A stretch of DNA of 64,000 nt. Origin: Octopus sinensis (taxonomy: Eukaryota). Where the stretch lies: contig NC_043006.1 in assembly GCF_006345805.1 (NCBI RefSeq), positions 82,088,001 through 82,152,000 on the forward strand. The letters run 5' to 3'. The notes under the pieces are model-generated. The model ran no database searches. It saw only the letters and a list, made by a program, of their open reading frames with translations, and was not told the origin of the DNA. Below are positions 39,855 through 52,820 of the stretch, piece by piece. The stretch's first letter is position 1. Each line of letters begins with the position of its first letter. A program made the translations under genes and the position numbers.

Positions 39855-42800
39855 GTTTAGATGAACAGAGGATGGAGATAGAAGCTCAGTGGTTTGATAG
39901 AAATGGCAGCTAAGATGAGGAAGATTTTTATTAATGAAGTGAGAAAACATATTTCATTTTAAATTGAACATACAGCCATTATCATCATCATTGTTTAATG
40001 TCCGCTTTCCATGCTAGCATGGGTTGGACGATTTTGATTGAGGGCTGGCGAACCAGATGGCTGCACCAGGCTCCAATCTTGATCTGGCAGATTTTCTGTA
40101 GCTGGATGCCCAAGCCACACCATAACAATACACACACACACACACACATACAGATAAAGACATACATACATACATACATACATACATACAAATATGTGAA
40201 TACATACATACAAACATATACACATGTATAAAAACATACACACACATATATATACTAACATGTGCAAATACATCATTGAGTGAGTATATATTCATAATAC
40301 ACACATATATGCATAATTCCTTTTCATATACGCTTTACATACATACAAATATATATATGCACATACATACTTTAAACATGTATATACATACATACACACA
40401 CACATATATACATACATACATACATAAAGGAATGTTATATGTATTGATATACACATTACTGTTTTGATCATCCCTTTTTACATAAACATAATAATATATT
40501 ATTTATAAAGTGTAATATATATATAAAACAATATCTTTATATCTTACATGCAATCAAAAAACTTCACTTTCTGTGCAGACTTCCTGTATATTTTCTTTTA
40601 ACAATTTTTAATGTACATGTAAGATAAGCTGATTTCATTTCCAGCCTGAATTAGCAGTCTACCAATACATACTGTTTGCTGCCATACTGGAGCAATTTTA
40701 CAAACCTTTTGAGTATGAGTATGAGTACCTCCATGTGTGTATATGCATGCATATGTATATGCATATTTGTGTGAGGGTTGGTGAACTCACACTAACTCTG
40801 AGTTGACCTAATTTTATTTCGAGTTTATTTCAATTGTTCCAGCCAACTGGCTTCCGTGCCAGTGGCACGTAAAAGGGCACCATTCGAGCGTGATCGTTAC
40901 TAATGTCGCCTTACTGGCACCTGTGCTGGTGGCATGTGTAAAATGATTCGAGCGAGGTTGTTGCCAGTACCGCCTGACTGGCCCCCATGCCGGTGGCACG
41001 TAAAAAGCACCCACTACACTCACTGAGTGGTTGGCGTTAGGAAGGGCAACCAGCTGTAGAAACTCTGCCAAATCAAGATTGGAGCCTGGTGCGACCATCT
41101 GGTTCACCAGCCCTCAGTCAAAATCGTCCAACCCATGCTAGCATGGAAAGCGGACATTAAACGATGATGATGATGATGATTCAATAACTGAGTTTTTCAA
41201 TTACAAATCCATTGTTTACAATATTTACTTTATAGCACTTCTTACATACATAACATATCTTTTCAGTTCAGTGATTTCTGAAATGAAGGTTTAATGGACC
41301 AGAACTTCCACTGTTACACAAACAGATACACACACACACACACACATGCACACACATTACAATATCCCAAAATGTACTGGTTCAGTTCTTTTTGAAATAA
41401 GAGTATAACAAAACTTCCATTGTTTCACACACACATATATATAATTATACATACTTTTATGTATATTCCTGCCTGCCAGAGATGAAGAGTTACATTTGCC
41501 TTTGGCTATATAGCATGACAAGACATTCATGGGGCTAAGCGCTCTGTGAATGCAAAACCATTGGTCACTCTATGACTGGACATAGATTTCACTACATATA
41601 AATATATTAGTTCTACGCTTTAGATCAGGATTCAGGGAACTTTTTTAATCAATTACCCCAAAATATATTTATTTACACCGACATTGTCCCTTGGTCTGAA
41701 AGGAAGAAAATCATAGATTCTTTGAATTCAAAAGGTTAATTGAATCTATTTATATGAATCTATTTACACGTCCATTACATTGGAACAGATGCAGAGTTGC
41801 CAGAAGAAAACTTTCTGTCGAAACAAGGAACACATTTTTTTAATATAATTTTAGTTATTGCTAATGAGTCCTCATTACCTCAAGAATTTCATTTTTATCC
41901 CACTTGGGGTAATTTACCCTGGATCACTGACCCCTGCTTTGGAGTGTATTTCTTTTTTGGATACATGATAAAATTGATGATGATGATGATGGTGGTGCGT
42001 GTGTGTGTGTGCGCACATGTGTGCATGCATGCATGTGTACATTTATATAAATATACATCATTGAACCCTAATAAACTGATACTTGTCTCAAGATAGTGTC
42101 TCAGATTGCTATTTTAAAGTAATGCTGCTTCTGTTGAAAATAATATATTTTTTATCCAGCCTGCTAAGTTTAACAATGGTGACTTTTAAACCACTGCTTT
42201 ATTGTATCAGTAAGGATGGATTTCTGTCTTATCATGCAGTTGCCAGTGGATATTTGCCACTGACAAAGCGCAATGAAGCAGGTACAAGGCCTGAAAGTTT
42301 GCGGGAGGGGGCAAGACGATTACATTAACCCCTGTACTCAACTGGTACTTATTTTATTGACTCTGAGAGGATGAAAGGCAAAGTTGACCTTGGAGGAATG
42401 TGAACTCAGAAGGAAAAGACAGATGAAATGCCACTAAGCACTTTGCCTGCTGTGCTAACAATTCTACCAACATGCTGCCTTAATAATAATAATCATTTAA
42501 ATGAGGAAAAGAGAAATTCAAATCAAGAATTAGATAGAAGAGCTCACAGCTTTTGTTCTGACTCTCAGAACAGTGATATGAGTTCAAATCCAACTGAGGC
42601 CGACTTTCATACTTTCTGAGTTGATACAAGTAACAATCCAAGGCAGTTGCCAGGCGGAACTGAAAAATGTCAACCCAAATACCTAGTGATATTTGCTCTG
42701 GTTTTTTGTGTTCTGAATTCAGTTTCTGTCATACCCTACTTGGACAATGAACTTAGTTTGTTATCTGTTTTAACACCACCAACTGGCATCTTGGGTTCTT

Positions 42801-44418
42801 TCACAGAAATCCACCCAGCATCAAGGCAAGTTTGACGAAGCCTCCCTGTTCCTAGTCCTCAAAGGCCTGTAAAGCAATACAGATACTGTCTTCCCTCTTT
42901 GCTAAATGACAAAAGAAAAGAGTTCAGTTTTCAAACTTTTGTTTTCTTTTTGGTATATATTGCATTTCAATTTTATGCAATTTTCCACCTCAATGCATTT
43001 CAATTTTAAAAAACCAGGTTAAAGCTTTCAATTTCATCTTATGTATAAATCTCATTTATATGCACACTTGCTTTACGAGTTTTTCCCATTTTTTATGTAT
43101 ACTATTTTATTAAGGCCCTAAAAATTGCACAACAGATTTATTATTATATATAGAGAGATAGATAGCTATACTAATTTATTAAAGCCATAGAAACTTCACA
43201 ATAAATTTATTATACATACTTCAAATTTTTTTCACAATTGTTATGAATAAGTAAAAAGTTACAGCAGATTCCAGTTGTTATAGGTTTCAATATCACTCTT
43301 CAATTTGATAAGCTCCAGTTCATAACAGTGAGACATAGTTTTTTTATGTCATTTACATGTCTTTTTTATACTTTCTTTGTAATTATATAGGCGCAGACAT
43401 AGCTATGCAATAAGAAGTTTGCCTCTCAACCACATGGTTTCAGGTCCAGTCCCATTGCATGGCATCTTAGGCAAGTGTCTTCTACAATAGTCTCAGGCCT
43501 TGTGGGTAGATTTAGTAAACAGAAACTGAAAGAAGCTTGTTGTAAATATATATTTGCATGAGAGTGTGTGAGTGTGTGTGTCTACATGTTCAAGTGTCTT
43601 TGTGTCTATGTTTGTCCCCTATCACTGCTTGACAACTGGTATTGGTGTGCTTCCATCCTTGTAACTTAGTGGTTCAGCAAAAGAGACCAACAGAATAAGT
43701 ACAAGGCTTTACAAAAAACAATAAGTACTGGAATCAATAAGTTCAACTAAAATTCCTCAGTACAAGGCAATGCCCCAGCATGGCCGCAGTCTAATGACTG
43801 AAACAAGTTCCAAAAAACAAAGCACAATGTGTTACAGTGCAACCAATAAGACAAATTACCACCGGTGAAGATACAAGAAACGTCTCGGCCGCAACTCAAT
43901 AACTCTGGAGCAAGTATTACAATGAGAAAATTAATCCAAGAAGAAAGACCACAGCAAAAATACAGGAAACCGCTATGCAGAGATAAACAAGACAAAGAAG
44001 AGGTGGTTCAAACAAGCAACAGACAATTACAAAGGAAGACAAGGATTACACTGGTTGTTTTACATAGACTAAACCAAGCAATACAGGCTGATCCAAAGTA
44101 TAGGACAAACGATTTTAAAGAAACAACAATATAAGTGAATTATGTCAGGAATACAGATACTAATTTTTTTTCCCAACAATGGTATAAAGATGAGGTCAAA
44201 GGAAAGGATTTCATGTAACTCAAAAATAAATTATTAATTTCAGGTGCATTGTGATAATGGACAGGTGGTTTTCACTACCTATTCCCAACAAATCTCCAGA
44301 TTTAAAAGAGCTTTCAACTTTATCTAATGTGAAGAGTGTCAACATCTGATATACTATTCAGGCATACAGCCTTCATTCCTTCAGCATTGATAAATAAAGT
44401 TACAATCAATTAAGAGGG

Positions 44419-44540
<122 letters not shown>

Positions 44541-44898
44541 AGTTATGTTGAAGAGGCCATGAAAGAAATATTCACATCATGGCTGCACCCTTAGACTATA
44601 TGCAAGCTAAGAAAGAAAAGGACGAGCATTTATGAATACACACACATACACACACACACATACATACATACATACATACACACACATGCACACACACACA
44701 TAATGATCATCATTTAATATCTGTTTTCTATGTTGGCATCGGTTGGACGGTTTGACAGGAGCTGGTAATGCCAAGGGCAACACAAGGCTCCATTGTCTGT
44801 TGTGGTATGGGTTCTACAGCACCAAACATTCTACAGAGTGTGCTGAGTGCTTTTTATGTGGCACCAGCACAAGATATATATAATACTTCATTGTATAA

Positions 44899-45290
44899 TC
44901 TATTATATAAAATCCGTTCTGTCTGTCTCTGTGTGTGTCTTCTAGGATCTCAGGCATCCTCCATCCGATTGCGCTCAAAATTGATATGTAGATACTGACG
45001 GTATCAGGGCGTATATAAGTCTCGAAAAAATTACAAAAATCGATTCCAGGTGAGAATGCGATCGATAAAGCCGTGGGAACGTGCATTTGTATGTGCAAGT
45101 ATGTCAGCTGTTGCAATCGATACTACACGTACGCAAGAAAAATGCACATGCAGTTTGCACAAAAAAAGCCAGCTGGCTTGAAATAATGCCACAAAATAGG
45201 ACAGTCGGACAAGTTGTTTAGAGAAAATTTGGTCTAAATGTTTGACAACTCAGCACCGTCCATTGGACGGGGGGGGGGGGGCATTTTGCT
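44899..45290 (+). mobile_element. Non-autonomous Helitron or Helentron (DINE-1-like) fragment
   Basis: Starts A|TCTATTATATAAAATCCGTTCTGTCTGTC followed by a CCGATTGCGCTCAAAATTGATATGTAG core; CpG-rich; 3' end not identified. Confidence 0.6.
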
Positions 45291-46388
45291 CGAACTTTAT
45301 CATCATCATCATCATCATCATCATCATTTAGCGTCCGTTTTCCATGCTAGCATGGGTTGGACGGTTTAACTGGGGTCTGTGAAGCCGGAAGGCTTCATCA
45401 GGCCCAGTCAGATTTGGCAGTGTTTCTACGGCTGGATGCCCTTCCTAACGCCAACCACTCCGTGAGTGTAGTGGGTGCTTTTTTATATAATATATATATA
45501 TAATTACAAATATGAAACATATATATAATTACAACATATAGATAATTACAAATATGAAAATGTATTTATAGTTTTTTAAAAAATAACATCTGCTATGCTG
45601 TTAGCAATATTTAGCAGTGAAATATATATTGATAGTTGCATAACATTTATATATTCTGATTTTAACTGCCTGAGTTCAATTTTGAAAGTCTTTCAACAAA
45701 CTGAACTTCATGTCAACAGTCAATGGCTTGAATCAGATCAGAAGAAAAAAAATATTTAATGAGAGAGATCATAATTACACTCCAATATATGCATTCATTT
45801 CCCATTAATAAATGATCATGAACCGAAATGTCAATATGTACTGCTTGTTTGATAAAGAAAAGATATAAAGGAAATCCTAGATAATATTTGCTGGTTTTTG
45901 ATATGTTAACTATTGATTTAGTGATAGTCAACAGAAATATATCTCAATGCATTCATGTATGTGTCTGTGTGTGTATGTGTGAGTGCGTATGTCTTTGGTT
46001 AGCCTATGTGAATGTATGCTATGTTTAGCATTTCCTCTCTGCCAATGAATACAAAGGAAGTCATTTATGAAAATTGTAAGTTGAGATGATCTAAGTTCAT
46101 ATTTTCCCCCTTTCCACAGGAAAGGTCAGTTACATATATAGACATATGAAATTTTGGGGGAAATGTCTGAGAAAAATTCATCTGAAGGAATATTTCAAAA
46201 TGTCTTATAACATGTTTGTAACTGGAGTTTTGAACTACAAGAATCTGACATATTATTTAATATATTTAGTTGGTTGATACTGTCACAAATATCAAGATAG
46301 AAGTCATGTGTCCCGTATTCCCCTCGTTAATTAAGGTCATATGGTTAAGAACTTCACACTGCAGCTATGTAGTTTCAAGGTTCAATTC

Positions 46389-46573
46389 CTATTTCTTTAC
46401 TACCCACAAGGGGCTAAACACAGAGAGGACAAACAAGGACAGACAAACAGATTAAGTTGATTATATCGACCCCAGTGCATAACTGGTACTTATTTAATCT
46501 ACCCCGAAAGGATGCAAGGCAAAGTCGACCTCGGCGGAATTTGAACTCAGAACGTAGCGGCAGACGAAATACC
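46389..46573 (-). mobile_element. SINE A, 5'-truncated
   Basis: Reverse complement of the A core and tail; interrupts a B-type head. Confidence 0.85.
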
Positions 46574-46592
46574 TGTTTCTTTTTATCAATGG

Positions 46593-46633
<41 letters not shown>

Positions 46634-48979
46634 AGGGTTCTTATGAACTAACCCTGAAATCGATCTGATATGGTAATAATGGAATGTTTTTGAAATTTCT
46701 GTTGACCTTTTTTCGAGTAGCGTGCGTATTGTGAAAAATATATGGTTATGGACAATGTGTCTAATTCCGGCATATTTGGCATTAGAAATTTTTTCGTTTG
46801 CTCTTATTTGTAAGTTGTTTATAAATTTAACCTTTAAAGGTATTTTTTAATATGCTGGCCATTGATAAAATTTTTTTCGAAAAAATTTTATCCTACATTA
46901 AATATATATATATATGTCTTGACATTATGTAATGTATGTAAACATGCATCATTGTCAAACAAGCAATGTTGGTCCTTTCTAGTTGTCTTCGCTTAAAAAC
47001 ATGCTCGGCCAATATACATATATTTACACACACACACATATACATGCACATATATATTTTTACACATGACAGATTTCCACACAGTTTCCAGCTACCAAAT
47101 TTACTCACAAGGTATTGATTGGCACAGTGCTACAATGGAAGACACTTTGCCCAAGATGCTGCAAATGGGACTGAACTTGAAACAAGTGATTGTAAAGTAA
47201 GCCTTCTTAACCACACACATCCATCCTACAATGGCTAAAAACCAACATGAACATATATGAAGAATACCAACAGGAATGAAACATAGAAAAATAACAAAAG
47301 AGGAGAATACCACAACATAATACAAATCATTTAATCTGGTTGGTACTCCACAATTTCTGACAGACCAGGTCACATCTGTCTTAAACCGTAAATAAACAAG
47401 TTTCTCTTTCAGATAGTAAGAGAAAACATTTTGATGAAACTTGATGCTTCAGCTATTTCCACTACCTATAAAAACAACAACAATAATAATAATAATAATG
47501 ATAACAACCAACAACCTTCTCTACTATGATGTTCTGCTCATGAATAAATCTATCAACCACAAAACAGCCCTAAAAACTAAAATCTACAGTGAGGTTAAGC
47601 AATAACAGTTTATGAATAATGGAAGTTTTTATTCATAAATATTCACAATAATTACATCCACATACTTACATACATATACACATACATGTATATATATATA
47701 TCATCATCATCATCATCATTTAGCATCCATTGCCCATGCTAGCATGGGTTGGACGGTTTGACCGGGGTCTGGGAATCCAGGAGGCTGCAACAGTCTACAG
47801 TCTGATCTGGCAGTGTTTCTACAGCTGGATGCACTTCCTAACACCAACCACTCCATGAGTGTAGTGGGTGCTTTTACGTGCCACCGGCACAGGTGCCAGG
47901 GGAGGCTGGCGATGGCCATGATCAGTTGGTGCATTTTACGTGCTACCGGCACAGAAGCCAGTCAAGGCGGCGCTGGCATCGGCCACATTCAGATGATGAT
48001 TTTTACGTACCACCTGCACAGGTATCCAACTACAATTTCCATTTGATTTTTATTTTATGTTGATGTACTTGACTCAATAGGTCTCCTCAGGCACATATAT
48101 ATGAAACAAGTTAAAAATAATAGTCATTACATATTTTGCCTTTATTGGAGTAAATTTTGCTTACAGCTGTTTCATGGAATCCTTATAGGTACATTACTGA
48201 TAGGTTTATTCAGTTGGGGTATTGATCAGTTGAGGAAACTTAAATATATAGGCAGTGTGTTCATAAATTCATGGTGGGATTTCATGTGTATATGCGTGTG
48301 TGTGTGTGTGTGCACGCGTGTGCATGTGTATTCGTCAATATCGACATTTTTTTAGCTATCTTGGAAACATCTAAGACACTTGTACACTTGTGTGTGACTC
48401 ATACACTCCTCTCCATACCCTTTCTGCAACTTTGTGCAGGCCTCTGAGCAGGTACTGCTATGACAACTTTTTCTGTCGTGGCCAATGCGATGATCACATG
48501 CTACACACCTTCCTACCAAGCACTGCTATAAGCAGTACAGGTGAGCTAGAACATTAAATTTTAGTGTGCATGCACAGCAGAGTTCAAGGTCAATTTTTAC
48601 CAAGCGGCTTCACTCTGTGCTTTAGCTTCATTACTATGGCAACAACCAGATACTTATTGATCACACCTTGTATATATATAGATGTGTGTGTGTGTGTGTA
48701 TACATACACACACACACACACGTATATATATAGAAGCATATACATGCATATATGAGCATGTATGTGTGTGTACTCAGTTTGTCTTTCAGCACTTGATAAC
48801 TGGTGTTCGTTTGTTTACATCTCTATACCTTAGCAGTTCAACTATAAGAAACAATATATTGCATCAAACTTGAAAATTAACCAGGAGATGAATAGAGTGA
48901 CCAAAGTTTTCAATGGGGTACCCAGAATAGCAACAGTCCAATGACTGAAACCGATATATATACATATATATATATAAAA

Positions 48980-49377
48980 CTAGCAGTATCGCCCAGCGTT
49001 GCTCGGGTTTGTAAGGGAAATAATTATATAAGCATTTTTAGAGAGTTATAGCCAAAAAATAGCAAAAAAATGCATTAAAAATGGAAAAAAAATTATGGTA
49101 AATTTTTTTTTAAATCGTTGACTCATCGTAGACATTTTTAGAGAGTTACTTCCCTTATATAATAGCGAAAAAATGCATTAAAATGGAAAAAAATGATGGT
49201 AAATTTTTTTTTAAATCGTAGACTCATCATAGACGTGCGCTAATACCCAGAAGGGCTCGATATGAATCACGACTATAAGATACCCGGTTTTGGTTAAACT
49301 GCACCGCAAAATGTGGGAGTAGTTAGGAATCTAAATCGTCGGAGACAGACACACAACTTCACTTTTATATATAAAGA
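48980..49377 (-). mobile_element. Non-autonomous Helitron, complete
   Basis: Minus strand A|TCTTTATATATAAAAG...CCCGAGCAACGCTGGG hairpin..CTAG|T; no TSD; internal duplication of about 100 bp. Confidence 0.85.
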
Positions 49378-49578
49378 TTAATCAAAGGACACACTAAGTA
49401 TGTCTACCGGCTTGAAATAACACTCAAAACTCTCATTAAATCGCCAAAAATACACCGATGAAAACTACAGAAATCGTTTGATTTCTGTAGTTTTCATCAG
49501 TGTATTTTTGGCGATTTAATAAGAATTTTGACTGTTATTTCAAGCAGGTAGACATACTTACTGTGTCCTTTGATTAAT
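49377..49578. repeat. 99-bp-arm hairpin with 4-nt loop
   Basis: 49377-49475 vs 49480-49578: 6 mismatches, no indels; loop GTTT. Confidence 0.95.
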
Positions 49579-49819
49579 TGTAATCCCTCGGCTATTTAAT
49601 GCTATTTTTTGGCCTGTTATCGCTTGTGTCATTGATTCTGTTATTATCATTTTTAAAATAGTTACATTGGATAATAATAGAATTAATGACACCTTCGTAA
49701 ATTAATTTTTGGTATATATATATATATATATACACACACATATAGATATATATATATATATATACATATACACACACACATATAGATATATATATATATA
49801 CATATACACACACACATAT

Positions 49820-49858
<39 letters not shown>

Positions 49859-50319
49859 CACACACACATTTATATATATATACATAACTGTGGAACAACA
49901 AGAATGATAGCTCAATACCGGATTGGTGGGTAAAATTTCTTTATTTGTGTATTAAGGTTACCATTGCTTTTTTTTTGTTAACAAAAACATCTTAATATCC
50001 TAACAATTTTTCAAGCCAATCAGGAATAATGTTTGTCTCCATATATTACATATTATATATGTAATGAAAATATATAATATGTAATATACAAGATAAGAAA
50101 ATGGAGAAATACATCTAAATCAAATATCAATTACCAGATAATACTCAATCACATACTTTATTAAACCACCACATAAGAGACTGTAGGGTTAAATATAAAA
50201 AGCAGAACAAATCAGTGTACATAAAGGAATGTACATAAAAGAGTAATGTTGTATAATAAGTAGAATATATATAAAAGAGAATATAAATACAAGTAAATAT
50301 AAATATAAGTATAAATTAG

Positions 50320-50446
50320 ATCTTACAGCTGTTTCGGCCATGTCAATAAGTATGTCTCATTTTACCAATATTAGCCCTTTATGGTTGGTCAATATATAGA
50401 TATAAATGAGACATTAACAAAAATATCACAAGGCCTCTTCGGAGAT
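50320..50446 (-). ncRNA. Minimal type I hammerhead with extended helix II (U4C variant)
   Basis: ATCT-CCGAAGA-GGCC..(11-bp inner stem ATGTCTCATTT/AAATGAGACAT)..GGCC-GAA-ACAGCTGT-A-AGAT. Confidence 0.7.
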
Positions 50447-50455
50447 ATATATATA

Positions 50456-50504
50456 TAAAATTATAAATTAGGGTATCTCATAGATACCCTAATTTATAAT
50501 TTTA
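50456..50504. repeat. Perfect 23-bp-arm hairpin
   Basis: TAAAATTATAAATTAGGGTATCT-CAT-AGATACCCTAATTTATAATTTTA. Confidence 0.95.
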
Positions 50505-51380
50505 ATAATTATTACCTTTGAAGGTTATTTTTTCCATGCTGACCACTTGATAAAATCGTTATTTTATTTTTAAATTAACGATCTTATCCTTATTTATATA
50601 TATATATATATATATATACATATATTTACACATACACACACATGCCCCCCCCACACACACACACACAAACATATATATAGTATGCACTTACAGATAAGAA
50701 AGTAAAATAGCACTCAATACCAGAGAAAGAGTGTTATATATCAGCTGGTCCTGTTACAATTTATAAATAACACTCTCACATCTGGTTATTCTAATTTCAT
50801 GTTTCCATCATCAGACAGGAAATGAAGTTCAGCATAAAATGATCCATTATTCTGAAGACATTTAGGTTAAGCGCCCAGAGTAAAAACAAAAACCTCTGTG
50901 TAAGGAAAGCAGGTAATAGGTGAAAGGGAAAGAGAAGAAAGGGGAAAAACAGAGCATTTTCTTGTAATGGTTGAGAAATTTGAGAAAAGGGGGTTTTTGA
51001 ATGCTTTTTTTTTTTGCTGATTGAGTCTTGAAATTAGAAATAAACTGTGAATGAATCCTAAATTGCAAAATTTTACAAGCTATAAATTGCACAATCAAGG
51101 TCTCCAGTTGCTCCGATTATATACATTTTCATGAAATTTCAAAATGAGGAGTATTTACAGGTGATTTGCTTTCACATCAATGAACTTTAGTTTACATAAG
51201 ATACTCAATAAAAATCGTCTGTGGAAGGTAAATAAAATAAGAGATGATAGAAAATAAAAAAAAAAAATATTGAAAAGAAAAAAACTGAAAAGGAAATAAT
51301 AAACTGAATAAAAATTCAAAGGTTATGAAACGTTATATGGCTAAATGTTCATAAGATTATATGGTTATAAATAAATAAAA

Positions 51381-51382
<2 letters not shown>

Positions 51383-51424
<42 letters not shown>

Positions 51425-51488
51425 GTAGATAGATAGGTAGATAGATAGGTATATAGATAGATGGATGGATGGATGGATGGAAGGATGG

Positions 51489-51519
<31 letters not shown>

Positions 51520-51565
51520 GACAGACAGACAGACAGACAAATAGATGGATAGATAGAAAGATAGA
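51383..51565. repeat. (GATA)/(GATG)/(GACA) tetranucleotide microsatellite
   Basis: Directly visible. Confidence 0.95.
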
Positions 51566-51714
51566 TAATGTAAAATTGTACATATTTGAACGAGCCTTAT
51601 TCAAGAGATAAACTATTAATTGTTCAAGTGTTTATGTCTGGTTATAGATGTTTCAGCAATATTTTAGAATGTTAAATATTACAGTTGATTTGCATTTGCC
51701 ATTACGTACCATTT

Positions 51715-51872
51715 AAAGTATATCATACCTTATAGTGATTGCCTATAAAAATATAAAGAGAAAATAAAATTAATATATATTACTAGTTATAAAAGTATAT
51801 CATACCTTATAGTGATTGCCTATAAAAATATAAAGAGAAAATAAAATTAATATATATTACTAGTTATAAAAG
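51715..51872. repeat. Perfect 77-bp tandem duplication
   Basis: The unit AAAGTATATCATACCTTATAGTG...TACTAGTTATA occurs twice, with AAAG at both junctions. Confidence 0.95.
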
Positions 51873-51957
51873 GTGAGCCTGCTGTCAGTAGCACTCAAAG
51901 AACTGTAAGTAGTGATGGTGGGCAACCTACAACTCAGAGCTTTCATATTCTATATAA

Positions 51958-52211
51958 TACAAACCTTCTCGAGCCATGCCAGGCTCATAAGGGCTGGTTT
52001 CCCGGTTTCAGTGTCATAGAAATTCCCCACCTGGATGGGGCGCCAGTCCATCGCAGGATTACTCATTTTTGCCAGCTGAGTGGACTGGAGCAACATGAAA
52101 TGAAGTGTTTTGCTCAAGAACACAACGTGTGCGTCACCCGGTCCAGGAATCAAAACCACAATCTTACGATCATGATGCTGACACCCTAACCACTAAGCCA
52201 TGTGCCTCCAC
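51958..52211 (-). mobile_element. SINE family E, full length
   Basis: GGCACATGGCTTAGTGGTTAGG..TTGATTCC head; TGTTCTTGAGCAAAACACTTCATTTCATGTTGCTCCAGTCCACTCAGCTGG core; GCGATGGACTGGCG..GGCTCGAGAAGG tail. Confidence 0.85.
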
Positions 52212-52526
52212 TATTCTATATGGATATTACTGTGTTCATATTTATTCCTATGTGTATTTGTCCTCACATATGGACAGTTTGACTGAAAACTGGTAAGCTG
52301 GGGAGCTGCACCAGGTTCCAATCTGACTTGGTAAGGTTTCTACAGCTTGGTGCCCTTCCTAATGCCAACCACTCCAAGAGTGTAGTGAGTGCTTTTTACA
52401 CACCACCAGTATGATTGCTATTGACCTGACACTGGCATCAGCCATGACTATAGTCTTACTTGGCTTGACAGGTCAACACAAGCACAGTATATTGCCAAGG
52501 TCTCAGTCACCTGTCATTGCCTCCTT

Positions 52527-52820
52527 CACATGGCCTAGTGGTTAGAGCAGCGGACTCGCGGTCGAGGGATCACGGGTTCGAATCTCAGACTGGGTAATGT
52601 GTGTGTTTATGAGCGAAACACCTAAGCTCCATGCGGCTCCAGCAGCAGGTAATAGCAAATTTCTGCTGACTCTTTTGCCACAACTTTCTCTCACTCTTTC
52701 TTCCTGCATCTTACAGCTCACCTACAACAGACCGGTGTCCTGTCCAGGTGGGGAACCTATACGCCAAGGAAACCGGGAAACCAGCCCTTATGAGCCAGGC
52801 ATGGCTCGAGAAGGAACAAA
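52527..52820 (+). mobile_element. SINE family C with an E-type tail, inserted in repeat D
   Basis: C head and core followed by GTCCTGTCCAGGTGGGGAA..GAAACCAGCCCTTATGAGCCAGGCATGGCTCGAGAAGG. Confidence 0.8.

Noticed and set aside
43865-44134. 89-aa purine-rich ORF
   Set aside because: No motif I can confirm; may be a LINE relic, evidence too weak.
46581-46870. 15-bp inverted repeat TTTTATCAATGGCCA / TGGCCATTGATAAAA around an AT tract and a CpG-rich segment
   Set aside because: No clear TSD and the boundaries disagree with the apparent element ends; could be a MITE but not supportable.
50720-50785. CCAGA/TCTGG and GAGTGTTAT/ATAACACTC stems arranged like an HHR scaffold
   Set aside because: Core and helix III are missing; possibly a remnant but not supportable.
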